A stretch of DNA of 32,000 bases from Candidatus Saccharimonadota bacterium (GCF_025273655.1 NZ_CP045921.1:930001-962000), one strand, 5' to 3'. Numbered from the stretch's first letter, positions 15,965 through 24,302 are shown. Numbers and translations are program-made. The notes: a model not told the origin generated them from the letters alone.

Positions 15965-16999
15965 CTACGATGCTTGCTCGTCGTCTCCCGACACTAATTT
16001 GTAATGCTCATAGAGTGAGGCAATCAGCCCTACAGTAAGACACTTTGCCGTATCGTCGTCCATAGACCGTGAAGCGGGCGACTGCTCCATCTTGCGACGC
16101 ACAATTTCCACGACCGAGGACTTACGACTATCAGTGGGGTTTGTCAGGCTTTTTACTAAATCATCGAAGCGCACAGCCTGATGATCATTCAAAACAAGGC
16201 GCTCCAAATGTATACCAGCGCTGCGTACAACCGCGTGCCATTTACGCAGCTCACCGAGCGCGAGATTCGCCTTTTTACTCCGATCTGCGCCATCGAAGAT
16301 ATGGGCGGCGAGTGCGCTGGCCTGGCCGTCTTTCAGTTCGGCAGCAAGTTCACCAGCAAAAAACAGCTTGGCTGAGCTCTGCCAGCCTTTATGTTTTTGC
16401 TGCTCAAGCCCATGGCTAATATATTCCTCTGCGCTTAAGCGGGGGATATTGTCGTATTCTTGCGATACAGAAACAGGTATGATATCAACAGAATCGACAA
16501 CACTCGCAGGTGTAGAAGCGGCGGACTCCTCTGTTATATCCGGCACAACATGTAGATGCGGAGTATAGTCATTAGGTGCAGCTTCCTGATCGAGCTCTTC
16601 GACACTGGCATGAGTATCAGTCCCCGTGGCTACAGGCCTCTCGTAACGTAGCAATGGATGGACTGCTCGCGCAACCAAACCCGGCATCACACGGTGGATC
16701 CGGGCTATTTCTTTTGCTCTTACACCAAATATATATGGAAGCGCTTGTCGATCGGTACCTCGTAAATCTTCGAGATAAGCGCTAAACAGTGCGTGTTGGT
16801 ACGTATCGTTAAGCGCATCGCTGTTAGCGCTGAAATATGCAGTAGCCAGCACGTCACCCACTGCTTGGGCAGAGAGAGCCGAGAAGCGCTCATGATATCC
16901 CGAGTCTACCTCATCAAGCAACTCCTTAAAATCACCCAAATCATATACGTTTGCTTCGTCCTGAGTTGGCCCGTGCTCATAGCGGATCTGGATTCCCAT
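15965..16999 (-). CDS. Hypothetical protein (344 aa) with an acidic central linker
   Basis: Long ORF with an AAGGGAG SD 7 nt upstream. Candidate promoter TTGCTG-17-TACATT in the 101-nt gap upstream. No family motif recognised. Confidence 0.6.
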   Translation of the reverse strand: MGIQIRYEHGPTQDEANVYDLGDFKELLDEVDSGYHERFSALSAQAVGDVLATAYFSANSDALNDTYQHALFSAYLEDLRGTDRQALPYIFGVRAKEIARIHRVMPGLVARAVHPLLRYERPVATGTDTHASVEELDQEAAPNDYTPHLHVVPDITEESAASTPASVVDSVDIIPVSVSQEYDNIPRLSAEEYISHGLEQQKHKGWQSSAKLFFAGELAAELKDGQASALAAHIFDGADRSKKANLALGELRKWHAVVRSAGIHLERLVLNDHQAVRFDDLVKSLTNPTDSRKSSVVEIVRRKMEQSPASRSMDDDTAKCLTVGLIASLYEHYKLVSGDDEQAS

Positions 17000-17100
17000 C
17001 GCTGACTCCCTTACTTTTTGTCAATGTAGCAACATATCTTGCAGACAGCAAGTTTTTAGGCAAATTTTACATCAATATTTCATCACGTAAGTATCGAGCA

Positions 17101-17415
17101 TCAAAAAAGTGAAATAGCCGACTCGGTATCGGCAGCAATCGCCCGAGTTGCAAGTATATTTTGAAGCTTCGTACGGTTTTCGTTGTTCAACTCATCCTGT
17201 GTCTCGAGCATCTGCAAAAACTCTATCGCCCTTGCCGCCGCTTGATTCACACCTTTCGCACGACGAGTGCTGGCAGGCTCCTGAACAACAAAGAATAACT
17301 CTCCTTGAGCCCCACCCATTTGCGTATATACCGAATCTAGTGCAGCACTCAGTATGGTATCGAGCTTTTTGACGGGATCCCCATCAAACCGATGTTTTGT
17401 AAGCCGATTGGCCAT
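17101..17415 (-). CDS. Hypothetical helical protein (~104 aa)
   Basis: ORF 17101..17424 starts at TTG; the first ATG is at 17415 (MANRLTKHRF). Lies 38-47 nt downstream of the ParB-like gene. No motif recognised. Confidence 0.5.
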   Translation of the reverse strand: MANRLTKHRFDGDPVKKLDTILSAALDSVYTQMGGAQGELFFVVQEPASTRRAKGVNQAAARAIEFLQMLETQDELNNENRTKLQNILATRAIAADTESAISLF

Positions 17416-17462
17416 GACAAGCAACTCATTCTTTACATAGTCTTCCTGCGTCTCGCCATGGG

Positions 17463-18248
17463 CTACTTTTGTTGAGTAGAGCGAAGTGTATGCTTCGGAT
17501 AATTGCCGAAATCTGCTACGAGATTAAATGGTAGTATGTCGCGCTCTGCATATATCCGCACCTCATCTGGCAATGAGGCAAAGGCAAGTGCACGAGACAC
17601 CACCTTTTCATCCACGCAGTAAAAATTTGCCACCGATTTGTAAGTAGGCTTTTGTCCTGCTCGAACTTTTTGTCGATAATACCGAGCAATCGAATTCGCC
17701 TCGTCGATACGCGGTGGGCGTTCCGAGATATTTTCGCGAAATTGCTTACCAAGCATCTCTTCAAACGACAGATTACAGTACACAGCCGACTGTACATATA
17801 TACGATCCGAATCAAACCCGTACTGCTTGGCAATATGAAGTAGTGCACGACGACGGCGATGACCGCTACCGCTCACATCAACAGTGTCAGACTCCGCGTC
17901 AAACAAGATCTGCTCTGGAACTGTATCATAGTGCGCTGCATGATCGTTCAAAAATGCATCAATATGGGCACGCTCGATCCGGTTCACAATCAGAGGCGTC
18001 CCTAGATCGAGTGCCTCAGTCACCATCTGGTAATCATCCAATTCAACGCCAGACACGAGGTTATCGTGGTCTCTTATCATAGATCGCGCCAACTCCTCGA
18101 TACCCCCCTGATCATACTCTGCGCGATACTGCGCTACTTCGTGGATACTATTGAGCTGCACAAGTTCGATGTTCGTCGGACCCACCTCTACACGGTCGTA
18201 CGGCAATTCATCTTGCACGGCAACTTGACCAAATATTTCCCTGCTCAT
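17463..18248 (-). CDS. Divergent ParB/Noc/Srx-like (ParB N-terminal domain + HTH) protein
   Basis: 261 aa. IEELARSM...PLIVNR (ParB box I-like), GSGHRRRRAL (GxxRxxA arginine patch), FRENISERPPRIDEANSIARYY, then an HTH-like TYKSVANFYCVDEKVVSRALAFASLPDEV. A ~35-aa insertion precedes the Arg patch. Confidence 0.6.
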   Translation of the reverse strand: MSREIFGQVAVQDELPYDRVEVGPTNIELVQLNSIHEVAQYRAEYDQGGIEELARSMIRDHDNLVSGVELDDYQMVTEALDLGTPLIVNRIERAHIDAFLNDHAAHYDTVPEQILFDAESDTVDVSGSGHRRRRALLHIAKQYGFDSDRIYVQSAVYCNLSFEEMLGKQFRENISERPPRIDEANSIARYYRQKVRAGQKPTYKSVANFYCVDEKVVSRALAFASLPDEVRIYAERDILPFNLVADFGNYPKHTLRSTQQK

Positions 18249-18257
18249 ACTGACATC

Positions 18258-18266
18258 ATCATATCA
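18258..18266 (-). promoter_or_regulatory. Extended -10 for the ParB-like gene
   Basis: Minus strand reads TGA-TATGAT, 9 nt upstream of the ATG. The TGA is the stop codon of the PAP2 gene. Confidence 0.35.
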
Positions 18267-18935
18267 TGTGATGCTGGATGCATGACCGCTCATCGTCTTT
18301 CGCTTCGTATGACCATAGAGAATTCCATATAGTGTCGATACCCACAAGAGGCTTACGAGCCAACCCGCCAATATATCACTTGGGTAGTGTACACCGAGAT
18401 ACATACGCGACACGCCGACAAGCAGAACAAATATACTACCGCCACATACAAGCCACCAGCGCCAGCGTGTGCGCCACGCTAGAAACACACAGACAAGTAG
18501 AAGTGCAGAAGATCCCATCGCATGTCCACTTGGAAATGAATAGCTCGTTTCGTATACCAAATGCTGCCAGAAATCTGGCCGTGTTCGCTCAAACAGCAGT
18601 TTGAGCCACACATTGAGTACACCCGCCCCAGCAATGCTTAGCACAGCAAACCATGCTCTCCCGTAGCTACGTCGATATACCAACCAACCTGTGAGGACAG
18701 CCGTCATCACTGCCACTCCGACACCACCACCAATGCGTGTTGCCAATGTCAATACGCTAGTTACTCCCTGTGAACTCTGTGCATGGATCCAGTACATCAG
18801 CGGTTCATCAAACCACAACAATTGCCCGGCCTGGACTGTCCGAGCCAGCCAAACTAGGCAGCTTACTACCATCACAAACACCAAAAAAGCGCCAGCTACG
18901 AGCCACAGTCGCCTTGGGATCACCTTCATGCTCAT
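18264..18935 (-). CDS. PAP2-family phosphatase (phosphatidic acid / undecaprenyl-diphosphate phosphatase type)
   Basis: The three PAP2 motifs KLLFERTRP, PSGH and SRMYLGVHYPSD, in a multi-TM protein. I prefer the ATG at 18935, which lies 6 nt downstream of TATACT; the ORF-track start at 18965 is GTG. Confidence 0.8.
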   Translation of the reverse strand: MSMKVIPRRLWLVAGAFLVFVMVVSCLVWLARTVQAGQLLWFDEPLMYWIHAQSSQGVTSVLTLATRIGGGVGVAVMTAVLTGWLVYRRSYGRAWFAVLSIAGAGVLNVWLKLLFERTRPDFWQHLVYETSYSFPSGHAMGSSALLLVCVFLAWRTRWRWWLVCGGSIFVLLVGVSRMYLGVHYPSDILAGWLVSLLWVSTLYGILYGHTKRKTMSGHASSIT

Positions 18936-18941
18936 GTATCT

Positions 18942-18947
18942 AGTATA
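18942..18947 (-). promoter_or_regulatory. -10 hexamer with leaderless geometry for the PAP2 gene
   Basis: Minus strand reads TATACT-agatac-ATG (6-nt spacing). Confidence 0.35.
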
Positions 18948-18976
18948 CCTCCATGACAAATGCACTCATATGTGGT

Positions 18977-18988
18977 ACGCTTATGCTA
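18977..18988 (+). repeat. Copy 2 of the exact 12-mer ACGCTTATGCTA
   Basis: Exact match in the PAP2/YggT-like divergent region. Confidence 0.8.
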
Positions 18989-18991
18989 ACT

Positions 18992-19345
18992 ATGAACACA
19001 CCCGCACAAACACCCATGCCAGAACCACGGGGCAGCTACAAGCCCAAAAAACCCGTCGTCAAAACAAATCGTGTCATCATGACGCGCGCCATCTGGTACA
19101 TTTTTGGCGTTATCGCTTCTCTTCTCGCCCTCCGTATCGTCCTCCTCATGCTCAGCGCCAATCCAGAGACGCCATTTGTTAGTTTCGTCTACGACCTCAG
19201 TGGGATCTTCGTCGTACCGTTTTACGGTATTTTCGACCAACCAGACTATACTCGCTTCTATGTCGATACTAGCAGCATCGTCGCTATCGTCGTGTATTGG
19301 CTCCTGGCTGTCGGTCTCACCAAACTCGTCAACATAACGCGCTAA
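18992..19345 (+). CDS. YggT-family-like small membrane protein
   Basis: IWYIFGVIASLLALRIVLLMLSANPETPFVSFVYDLSGIFVVPFYGIF, plus a second C-terminal TM. The start is uncertain: ATGs occur at 18953, 18992, 19016 and 19079. Confidence 0.55.
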   Translation: MNTPAQTPMPEPRGSYKPKKPVVKTNRVIMTRAIWYIFGVIASLLALRIVLLMLSANPETPFVSFVYDLSGIFVVPFYGIFDQPDYTRFYVDTSSIVAIVVYWLLAVGLTKLVNITR

Positions 19346-19362
19346 TTCCACAGAAACCAAAC

Positions 19363-19381
19363 GACCACCTCGTAGGTGGCC
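19363..19381. terminator. Hairpin between convergent genes
   Basis: CCACC(T)..(A)GGTGG stem. On the minus strand it is followed by GTTTGGTTTCT. A second hairpin TAGCTGCA-tct-TGCAGCTA lies at 19413..19431. Confidence 0.4.
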
Positions 19382-19475
19382 ATATTTGGTGGGTATGTAG
19401 GTGGAGATGAGGTAGCTGCATCTTGCAGCTATATGTAGTGTAGCGAGCTTGTTTGAGAAAAAGCTGAAAAGAGCG

Positions 19476-21344
19476 CTAGTGTGTATATGTCTGCAATGGA
19501 CGAACAACGAGATAGTCAAATTCAGCACCCGCCGTCCAAGTACCGATACCGAACGCGCTACCGGTTTTGCCTGTTACCCAAGTACCAACCGGTTGCCACA
19601 CGGGAGAGCTATCTGGCGCCCAGTATGCAGTCACAGTAGCTCCAACCACTTTAAACGCAAGCTTCACCCATACGTTGGTAAGGTTGCGGCCACCGCCTAT
19701 AGTTCTGATAAAGACTTCGTCGAAATCATCCCGTGCTCGTATTACCCAGTTATTTTGGCCAAACCTTACTAGTTGCACGTGTATAGCCGAGCCGAAATAT
19801 GGATCGGGTGAGTTGCCTTGAGCTATCAATGACACTTCTTGGCCATCATGTGTCGCATCCGTAATTCTCACTCGTGTCTCCACCCAGTAATTTGTTGGTA
19901 GTACCGCGTTCTTCCGCGCAATACGCACATCCTGCCCACTACTTGAGCCATCGTATGCAACTGTAATCGTCGAACCTGTCGCCTGGCCCTGCGTCACACC
20001 ACCAACCTGATTCCATTTGGCAGTATCAAGCGAACCTGCAGTGTCAGTAAACTGGTCGTTTAGGAGTGTCGTAGACGTATCTACCGCTAGGTAGTTCACA
20101 TTACCCGCCGTATTAGACCACACCCCCGCAAACCCGGAGAGGCCAAATGTACTTGAAGTGATTGTACCTTGGTTTGGCTGACCAGCATGAATCAAGACCT
20201 TGAGATGCGAGCTAAAGAAGATAGGGTCATCTACAAAGAACCTGTAGTACGTCATCGCGAGTCCGCTCTGAGCACTGTCGCCCGCCCGACCAGCAGGGTA
20301 CCCGCCAACAGGCACATTATACCAACCGCCATTGAACGCATCTTCCGTACCGGATGAGCGCCACGAAGGATATGTTTCTCCATCTACATATACTTCGACA
20401 TTACCCTCGAGAATACCAGTATCACCACTTGCAGCATTGACTGCAATCCAGAGTGACTCCACCTGTCCGCTACCGTTGATGTCAACTACGGTTAGCTCGT
20501 CGTATGGCGAAGCTGCAGCAGCTTCAACACTATACATCTTGTAAGCAAGCTGCTGAGAACCGAGTCCCGCAAAATCATTTACAAGCGTGTAGTCAGCCGA
20601 GCCGAAGAATACAATATCTGTTGCAGTAGTGTTTTCTACTTCGACACGGAGATATTTCTGAAACGGCATATGCAGGTAGCGATAGGCGGACGACTCGCCA
20701 TTGCTGGTATTGCGCTTCGTGCGGCCAATACGCCGAGTTGCGTATTCTCCACCCTGAGATGCATACGCAAAGAAATCGTTGAGCGATAAATCCACGACAG
20801 CCGTCGTATCGTCATCTATATATATCCTGATTTTACCACCGTTTTCAGAAAAATCGCCCACACCGCCACCGCCAGAACTCGCCACCCAGATATGTTTTAG
20901 AACACCGGCAGTACCCCACGACTCAGCTAACAACACCTTTTTGGCACCAGTAGGGTTCGCGACTGGCGTGTGTGCTTTGCCCAGCTCGATAGGATACGAT
21001 ACTTGCTTTTCACCCGCAAGTCGCAGGGGAAATCCAGATAGGGTAGCTACGCCTGCCGAAGGCGGTACTGACTGTAGGGCAGTGTCGGCTTTGTCGAGGC
21101 TTGCTTGCACACTTGCGGAGAGATCAGTTTTCGGAATGCCCGCGCCTGGCTTAGTATACTTCGCCGACAAGTCAGTCGTCAGATTTTGGATTTTTGCCTG
21201 CGGCAATGCGCCGTCTACAACCTGTGTGGCACCTATCGCTCCAGCCTTTATATTTCCCTGCTCGTCATGAGCAACACGCAAATAGTCATTGAGGATATTT
21301 CCCCAATTTCCCATATCACCGCCCGGTTGTGGCAATCGTGCCAT
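19476..21344 (-). CDS. Three-module protein: phage tail-fibre-like N-terminus, DUF2961/GH172-like double jelly-roll, LamG/lectin-like C-terminal domain
   Basis: 622 aa. N-terminus MARLPQPGGDMGNWGNILNDYL followed by GAIGATQVVDGALPQAKIQNL. DUF2961-like motifs GGKIRIYIDDDTTAVVDLSLNDFFA, YRYLHMPFQKYLRVEVEN, VYVDGETYPSWRSSGTEDAFNGGW and YYRFFVDDPIFF. AAGGGGAG SD upstream. No signal peptide. Confidence 0.7.
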   Translation of the reverse strand: MARLPQPGGDMGNWGNILNDYLRVAHDEQGNIKAGAIGATQVVDGALPQAKIQNLTTDLSAKYTKPGAGIPKTDLSASVQASLDKADTALQSVPPSAGVATLSGFPLRLAGEKQVSYPIELGKAHTPVANPTGAKKVLLAESWGTAGVLKHIWVASSGGGGVGDFSENGGKIRIYIDDDTTAVVDLSLNDFFAYASQGGEYATRRIGRTKRNTSNGESSAYRYLHMPFQKYLRVEVENTTATDIVFFGSADYTLVNDFAGLGSQQLAYKMYSVEAAAASPYDELTVVDINGSGQVESLWIAVNAASGDTGILEGNVEVYVDGETYPSWRSSGTEDAFNGGWYNVPVGGYPAGRAGDSAQSGLAMTYYRFFVDDPIFFSSHLKVLIHAGQPNQGTITSSTFGLSGFAGVWSNTAGNVNYLAVDTSTTLLNDQFTDTAGSLDTAKWNQVGGVTQGQATGSTITVAYDGSSSGQDVRIARKNAVLPTNYWVETRVRITDATHDGQEVSLIAQGNSPDPYFGSAIHVQLVRFGQNNWVIRARDDFDEVFIRTIGGGRNLTNVWVKLAFKVVGATVTAYWAPDSSPVWQPVGTWVTGKTGSAFGIGTWTAGAEFDYLVVRPLQTYTH

Positions 21345-21370
21345 GTACTCCCCTTCTTCTAGTTACAACT

Positions 21371-21384
21371 ATCATAGCATAAGC
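21371..21384 (-). promoter_or_regulatory. Extended -10 for the GH172-like gene, including a 10-mer copy of the recurrent motif
   Basis: Minus strand reads GCTTATGCTATGAT. TGCTATGAT is identical to the element at 663..671. GCTTATGCTA forms a perfect inverted repeat with 21417..21426. Confidence 0.45.
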
Positions 21385-21414
21385 ATCTCTCCTATAGCTC
21401 AAATTGAAAATACT

Positions 21415-21426
21415 ACGCTTATGCTA
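21415..21426 (+). repeat. Copy 3 of the exact 12-mer ACGCTTATGCTA
   Basis: Exact match, 110 nt upstream of the ATG at 21537. Confidence 0.8.
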
Positions 21427-21536
21427 GACATCTACGCGCCATAGGTCTATGCTGAGGTCACCACTAGGTAGGGTGGGATTCCCAGCGGTATTCATAACCA
21501 ATTAATTCCCTATGCGAGGGAGAGGAATTAACCACT

Positions 21537-22277
21537 ATGGTTGAATCAAACGCCTACCAGGCACAACGCCAACAACTTTTACTTACAGGGGCAACAGTGT
21601 TTAGCGCAATCGTCGCCGCTGTGATCGTATCGACCATCGTCGTATCACAAATCATCCAGGGTCAGCTTGCAAGCGCCTTGTCTTCACAAGTTACTACGGG
21701 TGCGCCAACCACTACCGTCGCTGGTACATGTGTAGACACGAGCGCGCCAGCAGTAGCTGGTGAAGAAGCTGGTGCAAGCACTGTTGCCACAGTTGGTCAC
21801 TCTGCGGGCGCAGGATACTTGGTCAAGCCAATCAACGGTGCATGGGGAATCAAGGATTCATTCAACAGCAATACGACCGTGAACAACAGTACAACAACTA
21901 CCACAAACAACAACGAGACCCACACGACTCGTATCAATACTACTATCCGCGACAGCTTCAACAGCGGCTCTTACAACGATAACCGCGACCAAAGCGACAA
22001 TCGTGATCAGAGCGTTAGCGTTGATGGCAACACTCTCAATCTCAACTCTGGAAATACAAACCAGCAGAGCTGGACAAACAACCAGGCATGGAACACCACC
22101 AATAACACAACCACGAACACTACAACTAATACCGATAACAGCAACCATAGCGTCAACAACTCTGGTAACACCACCAGCCCAGTTACCAACACAACTACGA
22201 ACACTACAAATGTAGCAAATTCATACAATACAGCGAATCTACTCAGCGGTAATACTACAGCCGTAATCCTGCCATAA
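21537..22277 (+). CDS. Membrane-anchored Asn/Thr-rich low-complexity protein
   Basis: 246 aa. GAGGGAGAGG SD upstream. One N-terminal TM (LLLTGATVFSAIVAAVIVSTIVV). The C-terminal ~140 aa are mostly N/T/S, with a repeated DSFNS motif. Confidence 0.6.
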   Translation: MVESNAYQAQRQQLLLTGATVFSAIVAAVIVSTIVVSQIIQGQLASALSSQVTTGAPTTTVAGTCVDTSAPAVAGEEAGASTVATVGHSAGAGYLVKPINGAWGIKDSFNSNTTVNNSTTTTTNNNETHTTRINTTIRDSFNSGSYNDNRDQSDNRDQSVSVDGNTLNLNSGNTNQQSWTNNQAWNTTNNTTTNTTTNTDNSNHSVNNSGNTTSPVTNTTTNTTNVANSYNTANLLSGNTTAVILP

Positions 22278-22293
22278 CTCAGGACGCGGCACT

Positions 22294-22324
22294 AAATCAC
22301 CCGGTTGTTCAGGCCGGGTGATTT
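22294..22324 (+). terminator. Rho-independent terminator
   Basis: AAATCACCCGG-9 nt-CCGGGTGATTT perfect 11-bp stem, followed by TATTCTT. Confidence 0.75.
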
Positions 22325-22548
22325 TATTCTTCACAAGAGAATCGATGCCGCCTTCTATGAAAGCCGGGCAATAGGCCCGAGATCGAAAAGGTCTCTTTCC
22401 GCTCTTCCGCATGTACGCCAGGGGTATACATCGTATAAAAAGTGAAGATGGCCGTTGCAGCCACGCGATGACGGATGATCCGCTCTTGGGATACCTCCGG
22501 AAATGTTTCGCGCATCATATGCTCAAAAGTCTTATCACCTCTCTCCAT
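22324..22548 (-). CDS. Doubtful small ORF (74 aa), possibly a gene remnant
   Basis: It is the only ORF in a 327-nt gap. There is no convincing SD, and its 3' end runs into the terminator hairpin. Confidence 0.2.
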   Translation of the reverse strand: MERGDKTFEHMMRETFPEVSQERIIRHRVAATAIFTFYTMYTPGVHAEERKETFSISGLLPGFHRRRHRFSCEE

Positions 22549-22604
22549 AGAGATATCATACTCTCAACTTCCTACCATTCAAGCGTGACCTTCTTGAAGC
22601 AAAC

Positions 22605-24302
22605 TTATCCCCCAAAAGTTAGCGTGTTCAGCTGAATCCCCTCGTGCACCTGGAGCTCCACCGTAGAATCTTTTTCATATTTGCTAAATCCGATTAGACG
22701 GTACAACCGTGCGTCAGTTACTATCACACGGGAGTCATTTACATCCGTACCGGCGTTTTTCGTCTGGGAAATCGGCCTGCCGTTGAGTAGTACTCCTACT
22801 TCACCAGTCGCTTCCGTGCCTGTAACCATGTACATTTCTTTGGCTGCTACCCTCACCCTAAGTGTCGCGTCCCGTATCGCACGTATACCCTCGCTATCAA
22901 CTTGCCATTCTCCACCAAGTGTCCAGTTATTTACTTTTGGCAGCTGAGCTTGCGTAAATACATGCCGACCACGAATTAATCGCTGTGTTCCTACGTAATC
23001 GCTCGCCCGACGCGTACCCAAGTATGTTTCAGGTGTCTGCCCCTCCCTCGTTGGTGTCTCCTGAGAGACCTGATCACTAGACTGCGCAGGCACCGTCTTA
23101 CCACCCTCGCGAAGCAACTGGCGGATAGCCTCCTCGGTTTCTCTGTAGCCGCCCTCACCTTCATGCACACGACGCACATTGCCCTCGGCATCTATCAAAT
23201 ACGACGCGGGCCAGTACTGGTTTTTGTACGCGTTCCATGTCGCGAAGTCATTGTCGAGCGCCACCGGATACGTCAACCCGGCTTTTGTCACGGCGCTTGC
23301 GACATTTGCTCGCGACCGTTCGAAGGCAAATTCTGGTGCATGCACGCCTATAATCTCAAATCCGCTATCTTTGTACTGTGCATACCACGACTTGAGATAC
23401 GGCTGCGTACGTATGCAGTTGATGCAGCTATACGTCCAGAAATCCACGAGTACAACTTTGCCTTTTTGGTCGGCAATACGTATCGGTTTGCTGTTGATCC
23501 AGCTGTCGACATCTGTGATTTCTGGTGCCTTATACGGCTTGACGTTGAGGACACCGTTTTCTGCTTCACGACCAGTATCGGCAGGAATAAGCTTCGCCGA
23601 CAACCCGTCAAAATTAAACGGCGTATGTTGCGACACAAACGTCTGGAACTGTTTGTCGTAGCCGCTAATAATAAGTATACCGACTATGATAAATATAACC
23701 GCCACACTGCGCTGAAACCAACCGCGCGGATTTGCAGCAAACCTGATCTTTCGTATCAACTTCTGACCTATATAGCCCACGAGTAGCAACATCAAGCTCA
23801 GTCCTGCCACATACGCCGTGATGTAGAGCATCGCCAGACCAAAATTTACCGGCAGTACAGTCGCAAGCAAATATGCATACACAGGGCTGCAGCTACTAAA
23901 CACAGGCCCGAGTGCCGCACCCGTAATAATCGCACCGATCACCGCGCCTTTGCCCGATCCTCTGCCTAGCAGCTGCTGTGATTTTGCCTGTAGGTTAAAC
24001 GTCAAAATCAGCCGCTCATACAGCTCAGGAAACAGTGTCACCACACCAACTCCGACTATAATACCGCCAGAAATATAGGTAATCACCTGCGGCGACACAT
24101 CGATAAACAGCGTCGTCGCTTTGAGTAGCACCGTAAAGACAATCAGCGACACCGCCAAACTTGCCGCGATAATGACGGGACGACGCTTGTCGGCCACATT
24201 GCCACTTATCGAACCGCCTACAATGACAGGCAATAGGGCAAACACACACGGTGCGAGCACTGTAATCATACCTGCAAAAAACGCTCCGAGAAGTAGTAAC
24301 AT
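22605..24302 (-). CDS. DipZ-like thiol:disulfide oxidoreductase (CcdA/DsbD membrane domain + TlpA/ResA-like thioredoxin + C-terminal beta domain)
   Basis: CcdA cysteines (VLAPCVFALLP and FSSCSPVYAY). Thioredoxin motif VVLVDFWTYSCINCIRT. ATG at 24302 is preceded by AAAGGA; the ORF-track start at 24365 adds a non-hydrophobic leader. Confidence 0.8.
   Translation of the reverse strand: MLLLLGAFFAGMITVLAPCVFALLPVIVGGSISGNVADKRRPVIIAASLAVSLIVFTVLLKATTLFIDVSPQVITYISGGIIVGVGVVTLFPELYERLILTFNLQAKSQQLLGRGSGKGAVIGAIITGAALGPVFSSCSPVYAYLLATVLPVNFGLAMLYITAYVAGLSLMLLLVGYIGQKLIRKIRFAANPRGWFQRSVAVIFIIVGILIISGYDKQFQTFVSQHTPFNFDGLSAKLIPADTGREAENGVLNVKPYKAPEITDVDSWINSKPIRIADQKGKVVLVDFWTYSCINCIRTQPYLKSWYAQYKDSGFEIIGVHAPEFAFERSRANVASAVTKAGLTYPVALDNDFATWNAYKNQYWPASYLIDAEGNVRRVHEGEGGYRETEEAIRQLLREGGKTVPAQSSDQVSQETPTREGQTPETYLGTRRASDYVGTQRLIRGRHVFTQAQLPKVNNWTLGGEWQVDSEGIRAIRDATLRVRVAAKEMYMVTGTEATGEVGVLLNGRPISQTKNAGTDVNDSRVIVTDARLYRLIGFSKYEKDSTVELQVHEGIQLNTLTFGG

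Noticed and set aside
18986-19528. 180-aa minus-strand ORF covering the YggT-like gene and the intergenic hairpins
   Set aside because: The plus-strand product has a coherent two-TM YggT-like pattern. The minus ORF runs through terminator hairpins and has no motif.
21858-22228. Repetitive-looking DNA with three overlapping ORFs, considered as a tandem repeat or CRISPR-like array
   Set aside because: There are no regular direct repeats or spacers. The pattern is the codon-level low complexity (AAC/ACC/ACA) of the Asn/Thr-rich protein.
19346-22277. Prophage hypothesis for the region around the tail-fibre-like gene
   Set aside because: No capsid, portal, terminase, integrase or lysis genes are adjacent. 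The neighbours are a YggT-like gene and a low-complexity membrane protein, so the gene appears orphan.
23163-23786. 207-aa and 160-aa plus-strand ORFs antisense to the DipZ-like gene
   Set aside because: They overlap the thioredoxin and CcdA domains of a confidently called gene, and they show no start-site signals.
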